Origin: Camelus dromedarius
Taxonomy: Eukaryota
Direction of reading: 5' to 3'
Assembly (NCBI RefSeq): GCF_036321535.1
Contig: NC_087437.1
Coordinates: 56,794,001 to 56,858,000, forward strand
Length of the DNA stretch: 64,000 nucleotides
This document shows, piece after piece, positions 1-14,090 of the stretch. The notes under the pieces are model-generated. The model was not told the DNA's origin. It made no database searches and saw only the letters and a list, made by a program, of their open reading frames with translations. How positions within the stretch are numbered: the stretch's first letter is position 1; each line of letters begins with the position of its first letter. The position numbers were made by a program, and so were the translations under genes.

Positions 1-88
1 AGTTGTATGAAAGTTAAGTGAATTTATTACACAGCACAAATAGAAGAGCCTCTGGTATGTAGTAAGTGCTCGACACATATTAGTCATG
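1..88 (+). mobile_element. MIR SINE, 3' fragment
   Basis: gttgtatgaaagttaagtgaat...tggtatgtagtaagtgctcgacacatattag resembles the MIR 3' end. Confidence 0.55.
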
Positions 89-859
89 ATTAACATTAAA
101 CTGATAATTTTATAATACACACATAAAAATGATGCAATTGATTTTATTTACATTTTTATGTGTACAGTAGAAATAATATCCTACAAAAACACTACACTGA
201 ACTTCCTTCAGATTAGAGCACAGCTCACAAAGTGTACAAGTGGTATACAGGCAAGATTCTCATTCGAAAGAATGATCTAAGTGAGAAAAAGCTATTTGTC
301 CAATGTCTACCATGGGGTAAAAGTAATTCATCAAGTTTCTCCATAGTCTAAGTGAAACAGTCTATGAGCATATGCAGTTCTCCGTGGCCTGAATTTGTGC
401 TCACAAAGCAAAATTCTGGCTATTGATTCTATTCCACATTCGTTGAAAGTGAGAAGGTTATTTCTTGGGTAATAGATGAGTGTTTGTCCAGGCACTGAAG
501 GCATTTTTCCCTCATTGTTCATAATTAATTGGCATCTAATTTATCAGCCATTCCTGAGGAAGCTGGTTCAGTCTGATTCAGCCTTCCAGATTCCAGTTCC
601 TTGTGTGTGAATTTTGAAACAGCAGAGCAGAGGACCGCATCTAGATTACGGTCACCTCATTAAATGCTCTCATTCTGTCTGGCCCATTCTGCAGGATCCA
701 GTCACTTAAAAGCCTAGGCCCACCCCAACATCCTTTAGATAAAATATCACTAGTCCATTTACAGTAACCACTCTCCCTTTACATTATCTAACAGTTTACA
801 TACTTGTTGTCATATTACTTCAGTGAAACATTTATAAAGAAATAAATCATAAAACAAAA

Positions 860-1928
860 GAAGAAAAAACGCCAGGATCACACAGGCAACAAAAGAAAAA
901 AATAGATCTATTCAGCTGCATCAAAATAAAAACCTTTACTGTATCAAAGGGCAGTAACAACAGAGTGAAGAGGCAACCCAAAAATGGGGGGAAATAGTTA
1001 CAAATCACATAACTGATATGGGTTCAATATCCAGAATATGTATTTTTAAAACTCCTACAACTTAGCAACAAAAATAAGACATCTCGATTTTAAAAATGAG
1101 TAAAGAACTCGAATAGACATTTGTCCAAAGATTACAAATGGCCGATAAGCATGCGAAAAAATGCCCAGCATCACTAGTCACTGGGGAAATACGAGTCAAA
1201 GCCACAGCGAGACACAGTTTCCCAGCCATTAGGATGGCTGTTACAAAAGTAAACAAACAAAAGCAGAACGTAAAGTGTTGGTCAAGATGTGGAGAAATTG
1301 GAATCCTCATCCATTGCCGGTGAGAAAGTAAATACACACAGCTACTGTAGGAAACAGTGTGGCAGTTCCTCAAAAAATTAAACACTGAATTTCCATCTCA
1401 GCCAGAAAGTCTACTTCTGGATATACACTCAAAAGAATTGAAAATAAGAATGCCACAGATATTCGTTCACTCATGCATAGTAGCACTGTTCACAATAGCT
1501 AAAATGTGGAAGCAATGCGATGGATAAATGCAATGTGTTATATATGCATACAATGGAATATTATTCAGCCTTATAAAAAGGGTGGAAATTCTGGCACATG
1601 CTATAACGTAGATGAACCTTGAAGATATTATGCCAAGTGAAATAACTAGTGGCAGAAAGACAAATACTGTCTGATTCCACTTATATGAGGTGCCCAGAGT
1701 AGTCAGCTTCCCAGAAACAGAAAGTAGAATGGTGGTTGCCAGGGGCTGGGGAAGGAGGCACTGGGGAGTTAGCGTTTAATGGGGACAGAGTTTCAGTTTG
1801 GGAAGACAACAAAGTTCTGGAGAGGGATGGTGGTGATGGTTGCCCAATATTATGAATGTATTTAATGCCACAAAATGTACATTTAAGAATGGTTAATTTT
1901 ATATTATACCTATTTACCACCATTAAAT
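860..1928 (+). mobile_element. L1 (L1MB3-like) ORF2 end and 3' UTR, 5'-truncated
   Basis: L1 ORF2 C-terminal motifs (aatagacatttgtccaaag, caagatgtggagaaattggaatcctc) and a 3' UTR reading ggggacagagtttcagtttgggaaga...gttctggag...tggtggtgatggttgc; ORFs 1062-1385, 1138-1323 and 1681-1923 are L1 remnants. Confidence 0.9.
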
Positions 1929-2894
1929 ATGCTTTAAAAGTTTTCTAAGTCAGGATCAGAGAACTAAGACCAATTTTTATGGTATAACCTTCCCAGACAA
2001 ATTAATTAATAAATTAATTTTTTAAAAAGAAAAAAAAAAGCTAATAATGGTTGATACAAGCATTGGTGGGGAAAAAATAATTTAAGCTACTAAACCTAAT
2101 CAGAAACCTGCGACATGTCTCCTACTCCCTTAAATATTCCTCTTGGCAAGAGATCTATTGTACTTCATAACCAACAAGGGATCAGAATGTACTGGCGATT
2201 CAGTAAGAGTTTAGTAAGAAAGACTCTGTGTGCCTGGATCTGTGCTTTGTGCTATAAAATAACTAAAATCGACTGTCTTAATGTGTTCATCCTTCCAGAC
2301 AATATTTAAATATTACTATCCTGTTATTGAATCCTTCACTGAATCTTCTTGCCTGCTGCCTGTTTTCTTTTGACAGTAGATTCTTCAAAAAGCATATGAA
2401 AATCCTTTATTATGAGGGTGGACATGACATCTGACATAGCCACATAATGTTAAGTTAAGATTTATTCTAGATCAATGGCCATTAGCACCTTTATAATGGA
2501 AATTTCTAAAACAAAATCTATGAAATTGAACATCGATTTTTGTGACCAGGGCTCTGAATTACACAATTTAATAAAACAAGAACATTGTGATATTTATACC
2601 TGGGCTCTAAATCTCACACACTGTCAAATGCCTAAGTCTATAAATTTAAGCAGTCAGCAATATTTCTAACAAAAAATAAATATATATACATGAATATCTA
2701 AAAAGAAAAATCACATATATATGATACGTTGGTTACTGTTCTTTTTGCCTTTAGGCATCAAGAGGCAAGAAAATTTTAGTTTGTATACTTTCCCGTAGGA
2801 AAAAAAAATTACCCAGAATGTCCAAAAAAAGCTCCTGAAAAGGTTTGTCCTCAGTTGTTCCTAGTCAATTTATCAAGCATGTACTTCCTGTACA

Positions 2895-3200
2895 TTCTTT
2901 GATCACATCACTGCCCTGCACAGAAAAAGCTGCCTGCCAAGTGAAGAAGTGAAGCTCAAACCCTCATTCAAATAGTCTGGCACCTATATTAGTCTGCAGC
3001 TTCTTTCTCAAAGTGCCCTGCACTACTTTTCTTTATTCATCCTCCTCTTTACATAAGACAGGCAACTGCCATTCCTGAACAAACTTAAAATTTCCAATTC
3101 CTAAGTCAGGATCAGGATCATTTTTGCCTGACTGTAATGCAGCTCTGGGTGTCTAAATTCCACTTTTCCACATCTAAATGCATTATAATCATCTTGCTTA
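2895..3200 (+). mobile_element. L2 fragment (degenerate)
   Basis: tgatcacatcactgccctgcac...aagctcaaaccctc... resembles the L2 3' region. Confidence 0.4.
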
Positions 3201-4384
3201 GCATTGTACTAAAGTTTAGGAAGCTGTATACATACTGATGACTTTTCCTCTATTGGTTCATAAATTAATTCTAAGTACCCCGTGATACTTTTTAAAAGCT
3301 TACAAACAGAGTTAGACATTTCAGCTTCCTAGGAATCTGGAAAGCTATGTTCTACATGATTCTATGTAAGTTTCTCTTTCTAGAAGCAAGTTTAATGAAA
3401 AAATACAATCATTGTCAATTTGTTCCTTTCGAAATTTTGACCCTCAAAGAGTCAAAAGAAAGTGTGTATGCAGATATTACATTTGTATATTCCATAAACA
3501 TTTACTGCATACCTTCCATTGTATTTCAAATTATAGAAGGTAATGCAAAATGATGGGGAAATACAGAGGTTAGTACAAATTTCATTCTTTTGAATAATGA
3601 GACATAATTAGAATACAGGGTAGAATGTGATATACTGTAAAAAGAAAGACAAAGAGACAGCTTTGGATTTAAAAGGAAAAAGAGACATTGTGCCTGCTTG
3701 GGAGAATCCCAGAAAGCTGCATGTGAAAACAAGATCTTTCCATTTGTCTTCAGCAAATGTCAACCACAATGGAAAAACATTAAGACAGCTAAGTATAAAA
3801 CCCTTCAACATGAATCTGTTTCCATGGTGTCAGTTCTATATGTTTATACAGACTTTTTTCTTGGTCTCATCTATGCACACAAAAGCATGGGAAGCCACAT
3901 TTGCCCAAGATACCATAGTTCTTAAGTATTAGTGATTTGGAATATTATTGTGTATAATTCCCATCCTGGATTAGTTCTCCTTTTGAAATTTGGGGAATAA
4001 TTTTCAGACTATCTGTTCTCAGAAACTATTGATGCTGTATGACTTCATCAGCACAAAATGGTTCCTTAAGTAGAAAGGTAAGTGCTTACTTTAGGATCTA
4101 AGTTTTGTCTTTCACAGATGTGGACAGCTAGAGGTGACTTTATGAATCAATTACAGTTCATTTCAGGATTCCTCTTGCCTTTAGTGTATCACTGAAAAGA
4201 CATACTCGAGATGTGCTTCCCTTCTTTACATAAATATGAGTTCCTGGGATGACAGGAGCGCAACCAAGAAATCCTGCTCAATTAATACATGTGGGAACAT
4301 TGCCATTAATGAAGGCACTATAGTAGTTATTTGAAAAGTGAAGCAGAGAGATGGATTTTAAAAAAAAAAAAAAAACAACAAATG

Positions 4385-4760
4385 GTTACTTAGTTCCTAT
4401 AAGGTGCCACAATTTTAGGCACGGGAGACACAGCAGTGAAAAAGGCAGACGGTCCATGCCCTTCCTGCAAGACATGCTGTAGTTTTATGAGCCATGGGTT
4501 ATGGGAAGAGGGAGGTAGGAGGTTGGAGAGGAAAGGAGATAAAATGCATGAAAATCTAAGCACAGAAGCAGTAAGGGCAAAGGCCCTAAGGTGGAACACA
4601 GCTTGGAAGATATCAGGAAAAAAAGGCTAGTATAACAAAAGCATGGTGACTGATGGAGGGGATACTTCAAAGTGAAATTGTAGGGTTTGGCAAGACCATG
4701 TAAGAAAGATCTTTTAAGTTTGTGTAGTATATACAAGCAATTTGGATTTTATTTCTTAAA
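4385..4760 (-). mobile_element. L2 fragment
   Basis: ttacttagttcctataaggtgcc...ttttaggcacgggagacacagcagtgaaaaaggcagac...ccttcctgcaag is the antisense L2 3' end. Confidence 0.55.
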
Positions 4761-5220
4761 GTCTTGACTTGAAGCCATGGTAAGAATTTCTGTATACTTT
4801 TGTGTACACTAGTAAAATGAAACTTTGATTCAAAAAGCAATTATTGAGGAACTCCTATGTGCTAGAGTCTGGAACCTGTACAGAAAGTAGACAAGAGGAG
4901 AGACTTGGTACTTATTCTCTAAATATTTATAGAATGATAGAAGAAAAAGTGCTGAAAGTCTCAAGTATGCCATATTATATTTACAAAGTATTTTGGCTAT
5001 CCTAAGGACTGATATAACTTCCAGTTGGTAAGATCTTTGCTTATAATATAGCATGTAAATTGAGCCTTGACATACAGATATGAATTGAGTGTGTGGAAAT
5101 GGGGGCATGGGGAGGTTCTGGAAAACGGATTAAGACAAGAAAGAAAAATACAAGACCTTTTATGGCATGCAGGCAACAGCACTTAGCTATGTGTTATTGA
5201 TACTGGTCATATATGTGATT

Positions 5221-7690
5221 CACTTATTTATTCAGTGAGTATTTATTGAGCAAGTACTGTATAGGTGATAACATACTAGTTACTAGTGAACAGCAGTGAG
5301 ATAAAGTCCTTGCTCTTACGGAGCAGTCCAGTAGGGGGAGACAAAAAATAACCAAGTAAATACAGAGTACAAGGTGCTAGAGCAAATGCTATAGAGGAAA
5401 ATAAAGCAGAGTGTAAGGGAAGGCTGTTAGTAGGCAGTTAAACTTTTACAAAGGTTGATCAAGGAAGGCTTCTTTAATGAGTGACATTATAGCTGAGACC
5501 TGAAGGACATGAGAGACTGACTTTATGCAAACATGTGGGAAAGAGTTATCAAAGCAGAAGCAATAGGTGGAAATGCCCTGAAGGTGGAACACGTGTGGAA
5601 TGTTCAAGAAAAAGTGTAGACACAGGTATAATTGCAATATTGGTGGTGAGCTGGAAAGTGATAGGAAACGAGGTTGCAGAAGTGCTTTGGGAACCAGGGG
5701 ATATAGACATGAAGCACCTTGTAGGTGGCGTCAAGTTGGGAGGCCACTGGAGGACAATGAACAGCATGGTAGAATGCTCTGACTTTCCACTGTCAAGGGA
5801 CACTATGACTGCCATGTTGAAAAGAGCCAAAGAGGATGGAACTGAGCAGTAGGCTATGAAGTTATCCAGGTGAGAGATGACAGTGGCCTGGAGCTGGGTC
5901 TTCATGGAGGAAGTGATAAGAATGGTCAAATCATGGAAACACTTTGAACTGACAAAACTTGATAATGGGGCAAATATTGATAAGAGAGGAGTCAGACAAA
6001 TGCCAAGCTTTTTTAGCCCAAGCAACTGGAAGAATAGAGTTGGTATTCATTAAGATGAGGAAAACTCCAGAAGAACAGGGACTTGTTAGGCAACCTACAA
6101 GTCAGTTGTAGACATAGTCTGAGAAGCCTGTTTGCAACTAAGTGGAGATTTTGATAGGCAGCTGAATGTATGGTTTTAGAGTTCAGGGAAAATGACTGGG
6201 CTAGAAATAAAAATTTAAGAGTCATCAAGAGATTTATGCTATTTAACACATTGTGACTGGATTACATAACTATGAGGTAAATCTATATCAAAAAAAGAAG
6301 GCTTAAGAGTGAGTCCTGAAGTACTACAGATTTAGAGGCCAAGGAGAGGAGAGAGAACCAGCAAAGGAGAGAAGTGCTAATGGGGAAAGAGATAATAGGA
6401 CAGTCTAAAGGAATCTGTGTTCCAATAACTTAATGAAGCAAAAAGAGAGTGATCAACAGTGACAAATACTTTACAGTATTTTGAGAACTGAAGAGTGACC
6501 ACTGGATCTGGTATTGGGGAAGCAATCAGTGACCTTGACAAGAGCACTAAGGGTGGACTGGTAATAATTAAAACCTTACCAGAGTAGGATTAAGAGAGAA
6601 AAGACAGAGAAGAATTCATGAAAGTTAACTCCTCTGAGAAGTTCTGTTGCAAAATTTTGGTGGCGACGAAATGGGACAGTAGCTGGTGGAAGAGATACAG
6701 TCAAAATAATGTTTGCCTGAGATGGGAGAGAGGTTCGTTTAACTGAATGCTGCTGGAGTGGGCCAGCTGAGCAAGAGAGGAATTAATGAGACAGAGAAGG
6801 AGAAGCACAGACGTGATATATCTGAGAAGTCAGGAGGGCTATTTTCTAGGGCGCCGATCGCTTATCCATACTCATGTCTGGCAGAGTGTATTGGTACTAA
6901 TGTTTACAGGTAAGTAGATGGGGTGGCAAAAGTTTGTAGAAATTTCCTTTTCTAATTGCTTTGTTCTGCTCAATGAAATAGAAGGCAGTTCCATCAGCTG
7001 AGAGTGAGGCCAGGAAGGAGGTGGTTATAGGGGTTAGAGGAGAGAGAAGAGTTAAAGGAATCCCCTAAAGAAGTAGGAGGAGAAAAGTACATTTCCCTAA
7101 ATGGACTAGAGGTCAGGATACAATGCCTGTTTGAGATTAGCGGACATGCATTTAAAAGTGATATTAAGTAAAGCATGTATGTTTTGCTCTATTATGATTG
7201 CAGGGTCAGTGTTGAATTCAATCAACTTTAATTTTGTAAAATTAGGATGAGGTGAGGGGCAGTATGATGCATGGATGGATCCTAAGCTATACGCGGACAT
7301 GGGGATATAAGTACAGCAGAAAGATAAGGTCTAAAAAGAATATTTCCTGGAGTATTGGAGTTTAGATGCAATAGAGATGGATTTAGAGCCTGGGGGTGTG
7401 AAGATTACAATTACTTATATTTAATACAATCTAGTTGTTTCCATCAAAGTGAATAGTCAAAGTAGGATGAAAGACAAGATCACTTATGAGGAGGTAAAGA
7501 AATTAGGGTTAGTTGATGAGTTGTCAGTATAAGGAATAAGGATCACAAACAATCTTACAGTAGGTGAAATGCTCTGAAAATTTTAAGAAGGAAAGTGGCA
7601 TGATCAATACTTTGAAACAGGTCATCAGAAAGGAGCATGGAAGGGGAAGAGAAGTAGGTAGAGATTGAAGGCAGGAGGAAAAATTAGCAG
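5221..7690 (-). mobile_element. Long L2 (L2a-like) LINE relic
   Basis: Begins with the antisense L2 tail (ttattcagtgagtatttattgagc) and continues through purine-rich L2 motifs (tccaggtgagagatgacagtggcctgg, gtgaccttgacaagagc, ccatcagctgagagtgagg); the 158-aa ORF 5549-6025 is decayed L2 ORF2. Confidence 0.85.
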
Positions 7691-7839
7691 TCTGATGGCA
7701 TAGTAAAGAGCAAAAAGACGAAGGCAAAAACTGAGGAGAGGTTGGGTTGTAGTCTGCTCTCAGAAGAAACGTCACCTGGATGCATTGCCCCAAGAATTTG
7801 ACTTTCAAACCAGGTAGATAGACATATAAATAAATAAAT

Positions 7840-8250
7840 TTGACCAGAAGTAATAAATACTATGCCACAGGTATGCACAAAATGTTCTGTAGACACTGGG
7901 AAGAAATTGAAGAATTCTGATGATTCTGCTGTGAGCAAAAAGGAGGAATAAAGGAAAAGCTTAACTGAAGACATAAATTCTAGCCTGAAAGCTGAGTGGT
8001 AATTTCCCAGGTAGAGTAGGAGGAACTGGGTGTGCTAAATAGAAGGGGAAGCTTAATGTCTAAGGAGCGTAAAGAACATGACATGTTGAGAATACGGTGC
8101 TGTTTCTGACTAGCTTGAGCGTGGGTGCTGGAGGGGACATAGCGGGAAATAAGGCTAGACTTTGAATCTGAAGCTAGTTCTGATTGACTTTGAAAGCCAA
8201 TTTCAGGGATTTGGACTTTTTTTCTTGTAGCTACTGAGGATTCATTAAAA
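7840..8250 (-). mobile_element. L2 fragment
   Basis: gagtggtaatttcccaggtagag...ctttgaaagccaatttcagggatttggactttttttcttgtag pattern. Confidence 0.5.
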
Positions 8251-8251
8251 G

Positions 8252-8518
8252 TTTTTTTTTTTTAATTGAAGTACAATCAGTTACAATTGTACAGTGTCAA
8301 TTTCTGTGTACAGCATAATGTCCCAGTCATGCACACACATACATATATTCACATTCATATTCTTTTTCATTATAGGTTATTACAAGATATTGAATATAGT
8401 TTCCTGTGCTATACAGAAGAAATTTATTTTTATCTATTTTTATATATAGTGGTTATCATTTGCAAACCTCAAACTCCCAAATTTATCCCTTCCCACCCCC
8501 TTTCCCCTGGTAACCATG
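8252..8518 (-). mobile_element. Lineage-specific (camelid/artiodactyl) L1 3' end, 5'-truncated
   Basis: poly(T) then aattgaagtacaatcag...caagatattgaatatagtttcctgtgctatacag...cccctggtaaccat; related to copies at 15176, 57820, 59628, 62531 and 63127. Confidence 0.9.
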
Positions 8519-10484
8519 ATTGTGCACTTTTGGAGGTTCTGTCCGTGTGTGTATTTGTGTACAGTGAGCACATGCACGAAGTCTAAGTGCATAACGAATA
8601 AGTCTGACCTTATTTGGTCACACTTTGATCTCCCATGAAATGAGTGACAGCCTAAACCTGAATTGTGATTACAATATCTTCCCATTAGAGTGTAAAATTA
8701 GCCTTCCTTTCTAGTAATCCGAATGGAAACACTGACCTCATCACTATTGCCCTTTAACAAAAGAAACTGATGAACAGTTATGTGATAGGAGTAAAACCAG
8801 AGCCTGGCCAATATCACCTGGGGGTTAGTTTCTCTTTGAATCCAGTTCCACATCTGTATAGTGGCAAGTGGGAAGTGGACATATTTGATAACGCTAAGAT
8901 TTGTTCCATGTCTAAAAGTGTGATGATTCTACCCTAAGACGGAAAACAGGCCAACTATAACTAAAATTTCACTATGAACAGCCGCATATCAAAAACAAAT
9001 AAAAGTAGCTATCCTCTCTTCCCAAATCAGGAATAAAATGTAAAATATAGTTGTCTAAGATAGAAGTTGATCCCATATACTATTCGGCCAACATTGAATA
9101 GGTAAACGATTAAATTGAATGCTAGACATCTATACTGATTTTCAAGGATAGTATGCAACGTTGCTGGCTGGTTTGGTTAGCATAATTTTGTTGATGTTCA
9201 GTTTTTACTGAATTTGTTTCATTTGAACTCAGAGGAATAAACCAAAACTTTAGAACAAAGCCAGCAAGTTTTTCCTGTGTTTATATGTTTATGCAATTTT
9301 TGTGACAAAATTTTGTGACAAAACCACAGCTTTCAGTGGATGCATGAGGTTTAAGTGGTTTCATCTCAAACTGGAAGCAGATGTGAGGACTGGTGAAGTG
9401 ACCAAATGTCGTATTACAAAACCAAAACAAAACCACCGTTCAGTGTCTCCATCTCTGCAAAGCACCAAAATGCTATTTCAAGGATTAGCAAAGGTCTGAA
9501 TGAAATGTGTCTTCATTGGAAATTAGGATTTAATCCAAGACCCGCAAAGAATAAAATCGTCAAGAGATTGGGGTGAAATATTTGCAGCGTAGATTTCAAT
9601 GGAAACTGTTAATTGTTGACCAAACTCACAGAGCCTGATAATTAACCATGTGGAGGTATTGCCACTGCTCCACAAATGCCATATTCATATCCACTGTAAT
9701 AATCTGCTTCTTTCCTATCCCCCAGTGGGACTCCTTTCCTCTTTTTCCTTCTTCACCTTCATCACTGCTTCTCACTGATGGTCCAGCTCAAAATCATTTA
9801 TGAAACAGCGCTTGTCATGAAAACTCCATTCTTTCATTAGAGATCATCCCCTTATTTCATAAATGGGAAAATATGTCTCAGAGGTATTTTATTATATTAT
9901 CTCATATAAAGATATATAAAGACTTGGTAGAGTTATAAGGTTTATTGGAGGTTTATAATTCCTCTAAATTTCTACAGCTTTAATTATCTATAACACAAAG
10001 AATATTTATCATAACTGGAGGAGGGCACTTCCCAGTTTATGGACATCCAGTTTATGAACAATGTAATTCCTGTTGAACATCGGGGGAGCTAACTATTAAA
10101 AATTCTAAGATGTGAGAAATGTTCCCTGAATGCGACAATCTGTCGTCTACACTGGTGCTTTCTTCATGGATCCAGGAACATGGGAGGGAGCAGCACTATC
10201 TCTAATGTCTTTAAATGGTTTCAAGATCTGCAGTAGCCGATCGAAGCTAGCACTTGAGTTTCACAGGTCCTCTCCTATTGTGCCGTAAGTGATTTTTGTT
10301 CTTGTAGTATTCAAACACCCTGAGTTTTCTAATTCCTTCTCATTAATTATTCAACCAGAGAAGAGTAACGAGATCAATTTTACTGTTCACTTGACATGAG
10401 TTAACTTTTCAAAATAGATTGTCAAGTCACTTGGAATCAAGTAGTGACCTAGGAGAGAAAATAACACAATAGCCTAAAATGTCC

Positions 10485-10584
10485 ATATATATATATACAA
10501 TATGTATATGTGTGTGTATATATATATATATATGTGTGTGTGTGTATATATATATGTGTGTATATATATATACACACACACACA
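10485..10584. repeat. Compound (TA)n/(TG)n/(CA)n microsatellite
   Basis: Read directly. Confidence 0.95.
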
Positions 10585-11880
10585 TAATCTTATAGATCAT
10601 ATAGACCAACAACAACTAAAGTTCAGAAAAGTGAAAAAAAAAAAAAAGAAAATTATATAAGATCACCCAGCATATACCTAAGGTTGGAAACCCAGGTGTT
10701 CTGGTTCTAAAACCAAAGTTGCTCCCTTTCCACCTGCAAGTGTTAGTAGCACTGCCAATAGTTGCAGTTTCCTGGGCCAAGATCCTACCACCATCTTATA
10801 AATCTCCTCTCTACAGTGATGATAAATTCCTTCTAAGGTTGTAATTAGTAAAGAGCGCTGAAAAGAAGGACAAAAGAATTGTTTCCTTTCCTGAAAAATG
10901 TAAAGGATTTATAGGACGTGGCAGGAAATTAGGACCCTTAAACAGCACCCAAGTATCTGTAGATGACTAAGCCTTTTTACGTCCTGGAAGCCATGGTGTG
11001 ATACACTCAGGGTGTTGTTGAGTTCTGAAACATTCTTCAGCCTAAACTTATAAATAGCTCCCAAGTGATTGTTTGATTTCCTGACTTCCCCTGAAGGTGA
11101 CTGGCTCCAATACACAATCCTTCAGTAAACTGGCAAGTTTAAGTAAACACTGAGGTTGGCAACAGTCAAGGATATAACAATTTAAGGAGATAATAATAAT
11201 GGCACCAACATATGAAGCCTTCAAGTGCAGAGATTAAAATTTCAGTAAATTGGCTTCTCATCTCCTCTACAATGATCCTTCCATTCTCTGATTTTATAAT
11301 GTTAGTATAAATAAATGTTAGATACCATTATTATCACTTATATTCACTATTATTCAAAAAACATGGAATCAGACCTGAATCTTACACAGCTTACAGTTCA
11401 AATAGTAAACATATATTGATCATCTAATACATGCCAAGTATCATGCTAGGCTCTGAGGATATAAAAATGAAAAGAAAGTTATTTTCTTTGAGGGATTTGC
11501 ATGTCAGCAATTCCAGAATACTTAGAAGACTAAAACAGGAAATTACAACTTGCATTTATTCATTTATGAGAGAAGCAGCAAAAAAAAGTTAACACCTTAG
11601 TTCTGCAAGGCAAACATTGAGCTGCAGAGATCAGATGCTTCCTGAATAAAGACATCATGAATTAATTTATATAAAATTCCAAATCTCAAGCCTAGCAGGT
11701 GAAAATACAAATGAAAAGCTATAAATTATCATCCTTTAATATCTCTAAAGAAAAGAGAGGTACTACTTATTCTTTACAATACTGGTTCTTTATGAAATTA
11801 CAAGTGGACAAATGAGGCATTGGTCCCTTAAATTCTATTCTAATATATTTAAAAATCTAGCAAAATAGATGTTTAAAATA

Positions 11881-11999
11881 TATAAACATTGCTCATTTAT
11901 ATCTATATATCTATATATTTAAATACATGTTATTAGGTCTATATATAATGTATATTTAAGTATATATAGATATATAAATATAAATGAGCAAAGTTTATA
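11881..11999. repeat. AT-rich inverted repeat (38-bp arms, 2 mismatches)
   Basis: 11881-11918 tataaacattgctcatttatatctatatatctatatat pairs with the reverse complement of 11962-11999. Confidence 0.9.
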
Positions 12000-12399
12000 C
12001 TCAAAAAGGCTATAAAACTGAAAATTCAATACTACCTAAGGAATATAAAAGTATATTTAAAGGTGTATTTTGACCCAGAGGAACAAACATTTCCTGTTAT
12101 GTAAACTCTTCTAAATCATAAATTGTAGATAGAAAACTCCTCAACTCACTGTAAGATACTAGATACCAAACCCCCCATACACACACACTCTAAACAAAGT
12201 CCCATTTGTATACTTAGATTCAAAATCTCCTGAACAATGTATTTCTAAAAATCTGACAAGTAGTGTCTTGAAAGAGTAATATATTCTGAAAAAATTAAAA
12301 ATTACCCAAGAGAACAGTGAGGATATCTTCTTTCCTTCATCTGATGTTTCTGTAATTTGTTAGAACTTGTTAATATAGAAATTCAACATATGAATTGTT

Positions 12400-14090
12400 C
12401 ACTTCACTTTTAAACATTTTAAAAGTTACAATTGTCTCTTCAGAATAGCATTGAACTGGTTATTTTTGTTTGTTTTCTGTTAACTTGCTAGCTCGATTTT
12501 ACCCAACTGAAAATTGTCTGTCTTTAGAAGGGGAGAAGCAACCCTTTTATATTTACTGTGATCCTTATCTGTCAGTTCTATTTCTCTCATCCATTTTTTT
12601 CTCTAAGTAAATAGAAATTTGGAAAAGTGGTTGTGTTTTTTGTTTTTCTCCTTTCATATATTTTGTTGAAATTTATAGAATTGTCTTTTCAACATTTGTA
12701 CCTCTGGTGATACATTATATCATTGTGATATATTGACATATCTTGTAATTTCCAGTCATTATAATTGAATTTAAGTTTTTTTTCTATTGCCATCTAGGTT
12801 TACTTAGTATCTATATCCATTGGATGAGCTAAAGAAACCTTAGCTCAATTTTTACTTTCTTTCTTCCCTTCACCCCATCTCAGGTATCTCTCACTGTACA
12901 GAAACCAGAAATTTAATTACAGATTTCTATTTATACCATTTTTAAAATTATTCATCAGTAATTATATAAACTTGGCTTTACTGAGTTCTTCACCAGTGTA
13001 TTGTACTCTACATCTTCCCATTATTGTATTCTTTTTTAAATTTCATTAAAATATAATTTAAATCAGGTCCTTCAAAATGATCTGAACCCTTGATTATTTG
13101 AAAATGTCTTTGTTTTACCTTTCCTCTACGATGCTAGCTGACTATGAATGATTTCAATTTCAAAATCGTTTCCTCATAAAGTTGACAAGACTATTCCGTG
13201 TTCTCTAAGCAATTATTGTTGCCAGTAAGAACCCTAATGCCAAGCTGCTCCTTTTGTAGGTAACCTGTTGTTATCCTCATCATCATTATTGTTGTGTTTC
13301 TAACTTCCTGAGCTTTCACGGCAACTTCACCATTCTCACTCTTATGTTCATTTATTAAGCTTGGCACTTGCCATCTTATATTATCAGCTGTTTTGCTGGT
13401 GCTTTTTTTTTTCCTTTTTCTCATTACTAATGATTTCTCTCCTACATTATCTTTACACTCTCCTTTTGTAACTCCATTTCACTGATGTTGGAATTTCAGG
13501 ATCCATGCTACTCGTCTCATATTTTTCTCTCATACCTTCTGTGTCTTTGGCTTTTAGCATCAAAGGGCAATCTTGTGGTCATTTATTTGTTCTTAATCTG
13601 TCTTTATTCTAAAATTCAACCTTATTGTTGAGGCCTTTTTTAACACAAATATATAAACGTTCAAAGGAAATAACTAATAATATTCACAGCAAATGCTGAA
13701 TATTTTGTCGCAGTTGTATTTTATAGGTGGATTTGAAGTCCCTTCTAATCACCACCTTCTCAGTTCTCTTCCCTCATTTGCTGAGGTAACTACTATCATG
13801 AGAGGTGCATATCTCAAGTCACATTTTATAACTGTTACCTAGGTAGGTATCCTTAATAATATGCAGTCTGTGTTTTAAGCAATACAACTATCATTCTACA
13901 ACAGATATTGTTTGTACCTTGCTTTTTCATTCAATATTGCATTTTAACTTCTAGCTATTTTGTACAGGTCAGTTGTTTTAAATATTAATATGGTATTCTA
14001 CCATATAAATATACATTATTTTATGAGTATATTTTCTTATGAGTGGAGTTTTTCCAACAAGTTCTGCTGCTATGCGAAGTAAACTATGCT
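12400..14090 (-). mobile_element. Ancient L1ME/HAL1-type LINE fragments
   Basis: T-rich antisense ORF1-type motifs (ttgaaaatgtctttgttttacc, ctccttttgtaggtaacctg) and a 3' end motif (gaggtaactactatcatg...ttgctttttcattcaatattg). Confidence 0.55.

Noticed and set aside
4008..4083. Apparent exon with a perfect AAG|GTAAGT donor
   Set aside because: Stops in all three frames from the 4007 acceptor, weak acceptor, no partner exons; such donors occur by chance
5549..6025. Longest ORF in the track (158 aa)
   Set aside because: Lies within an L2 relic; decayed ORF2 sequence, not a host gene
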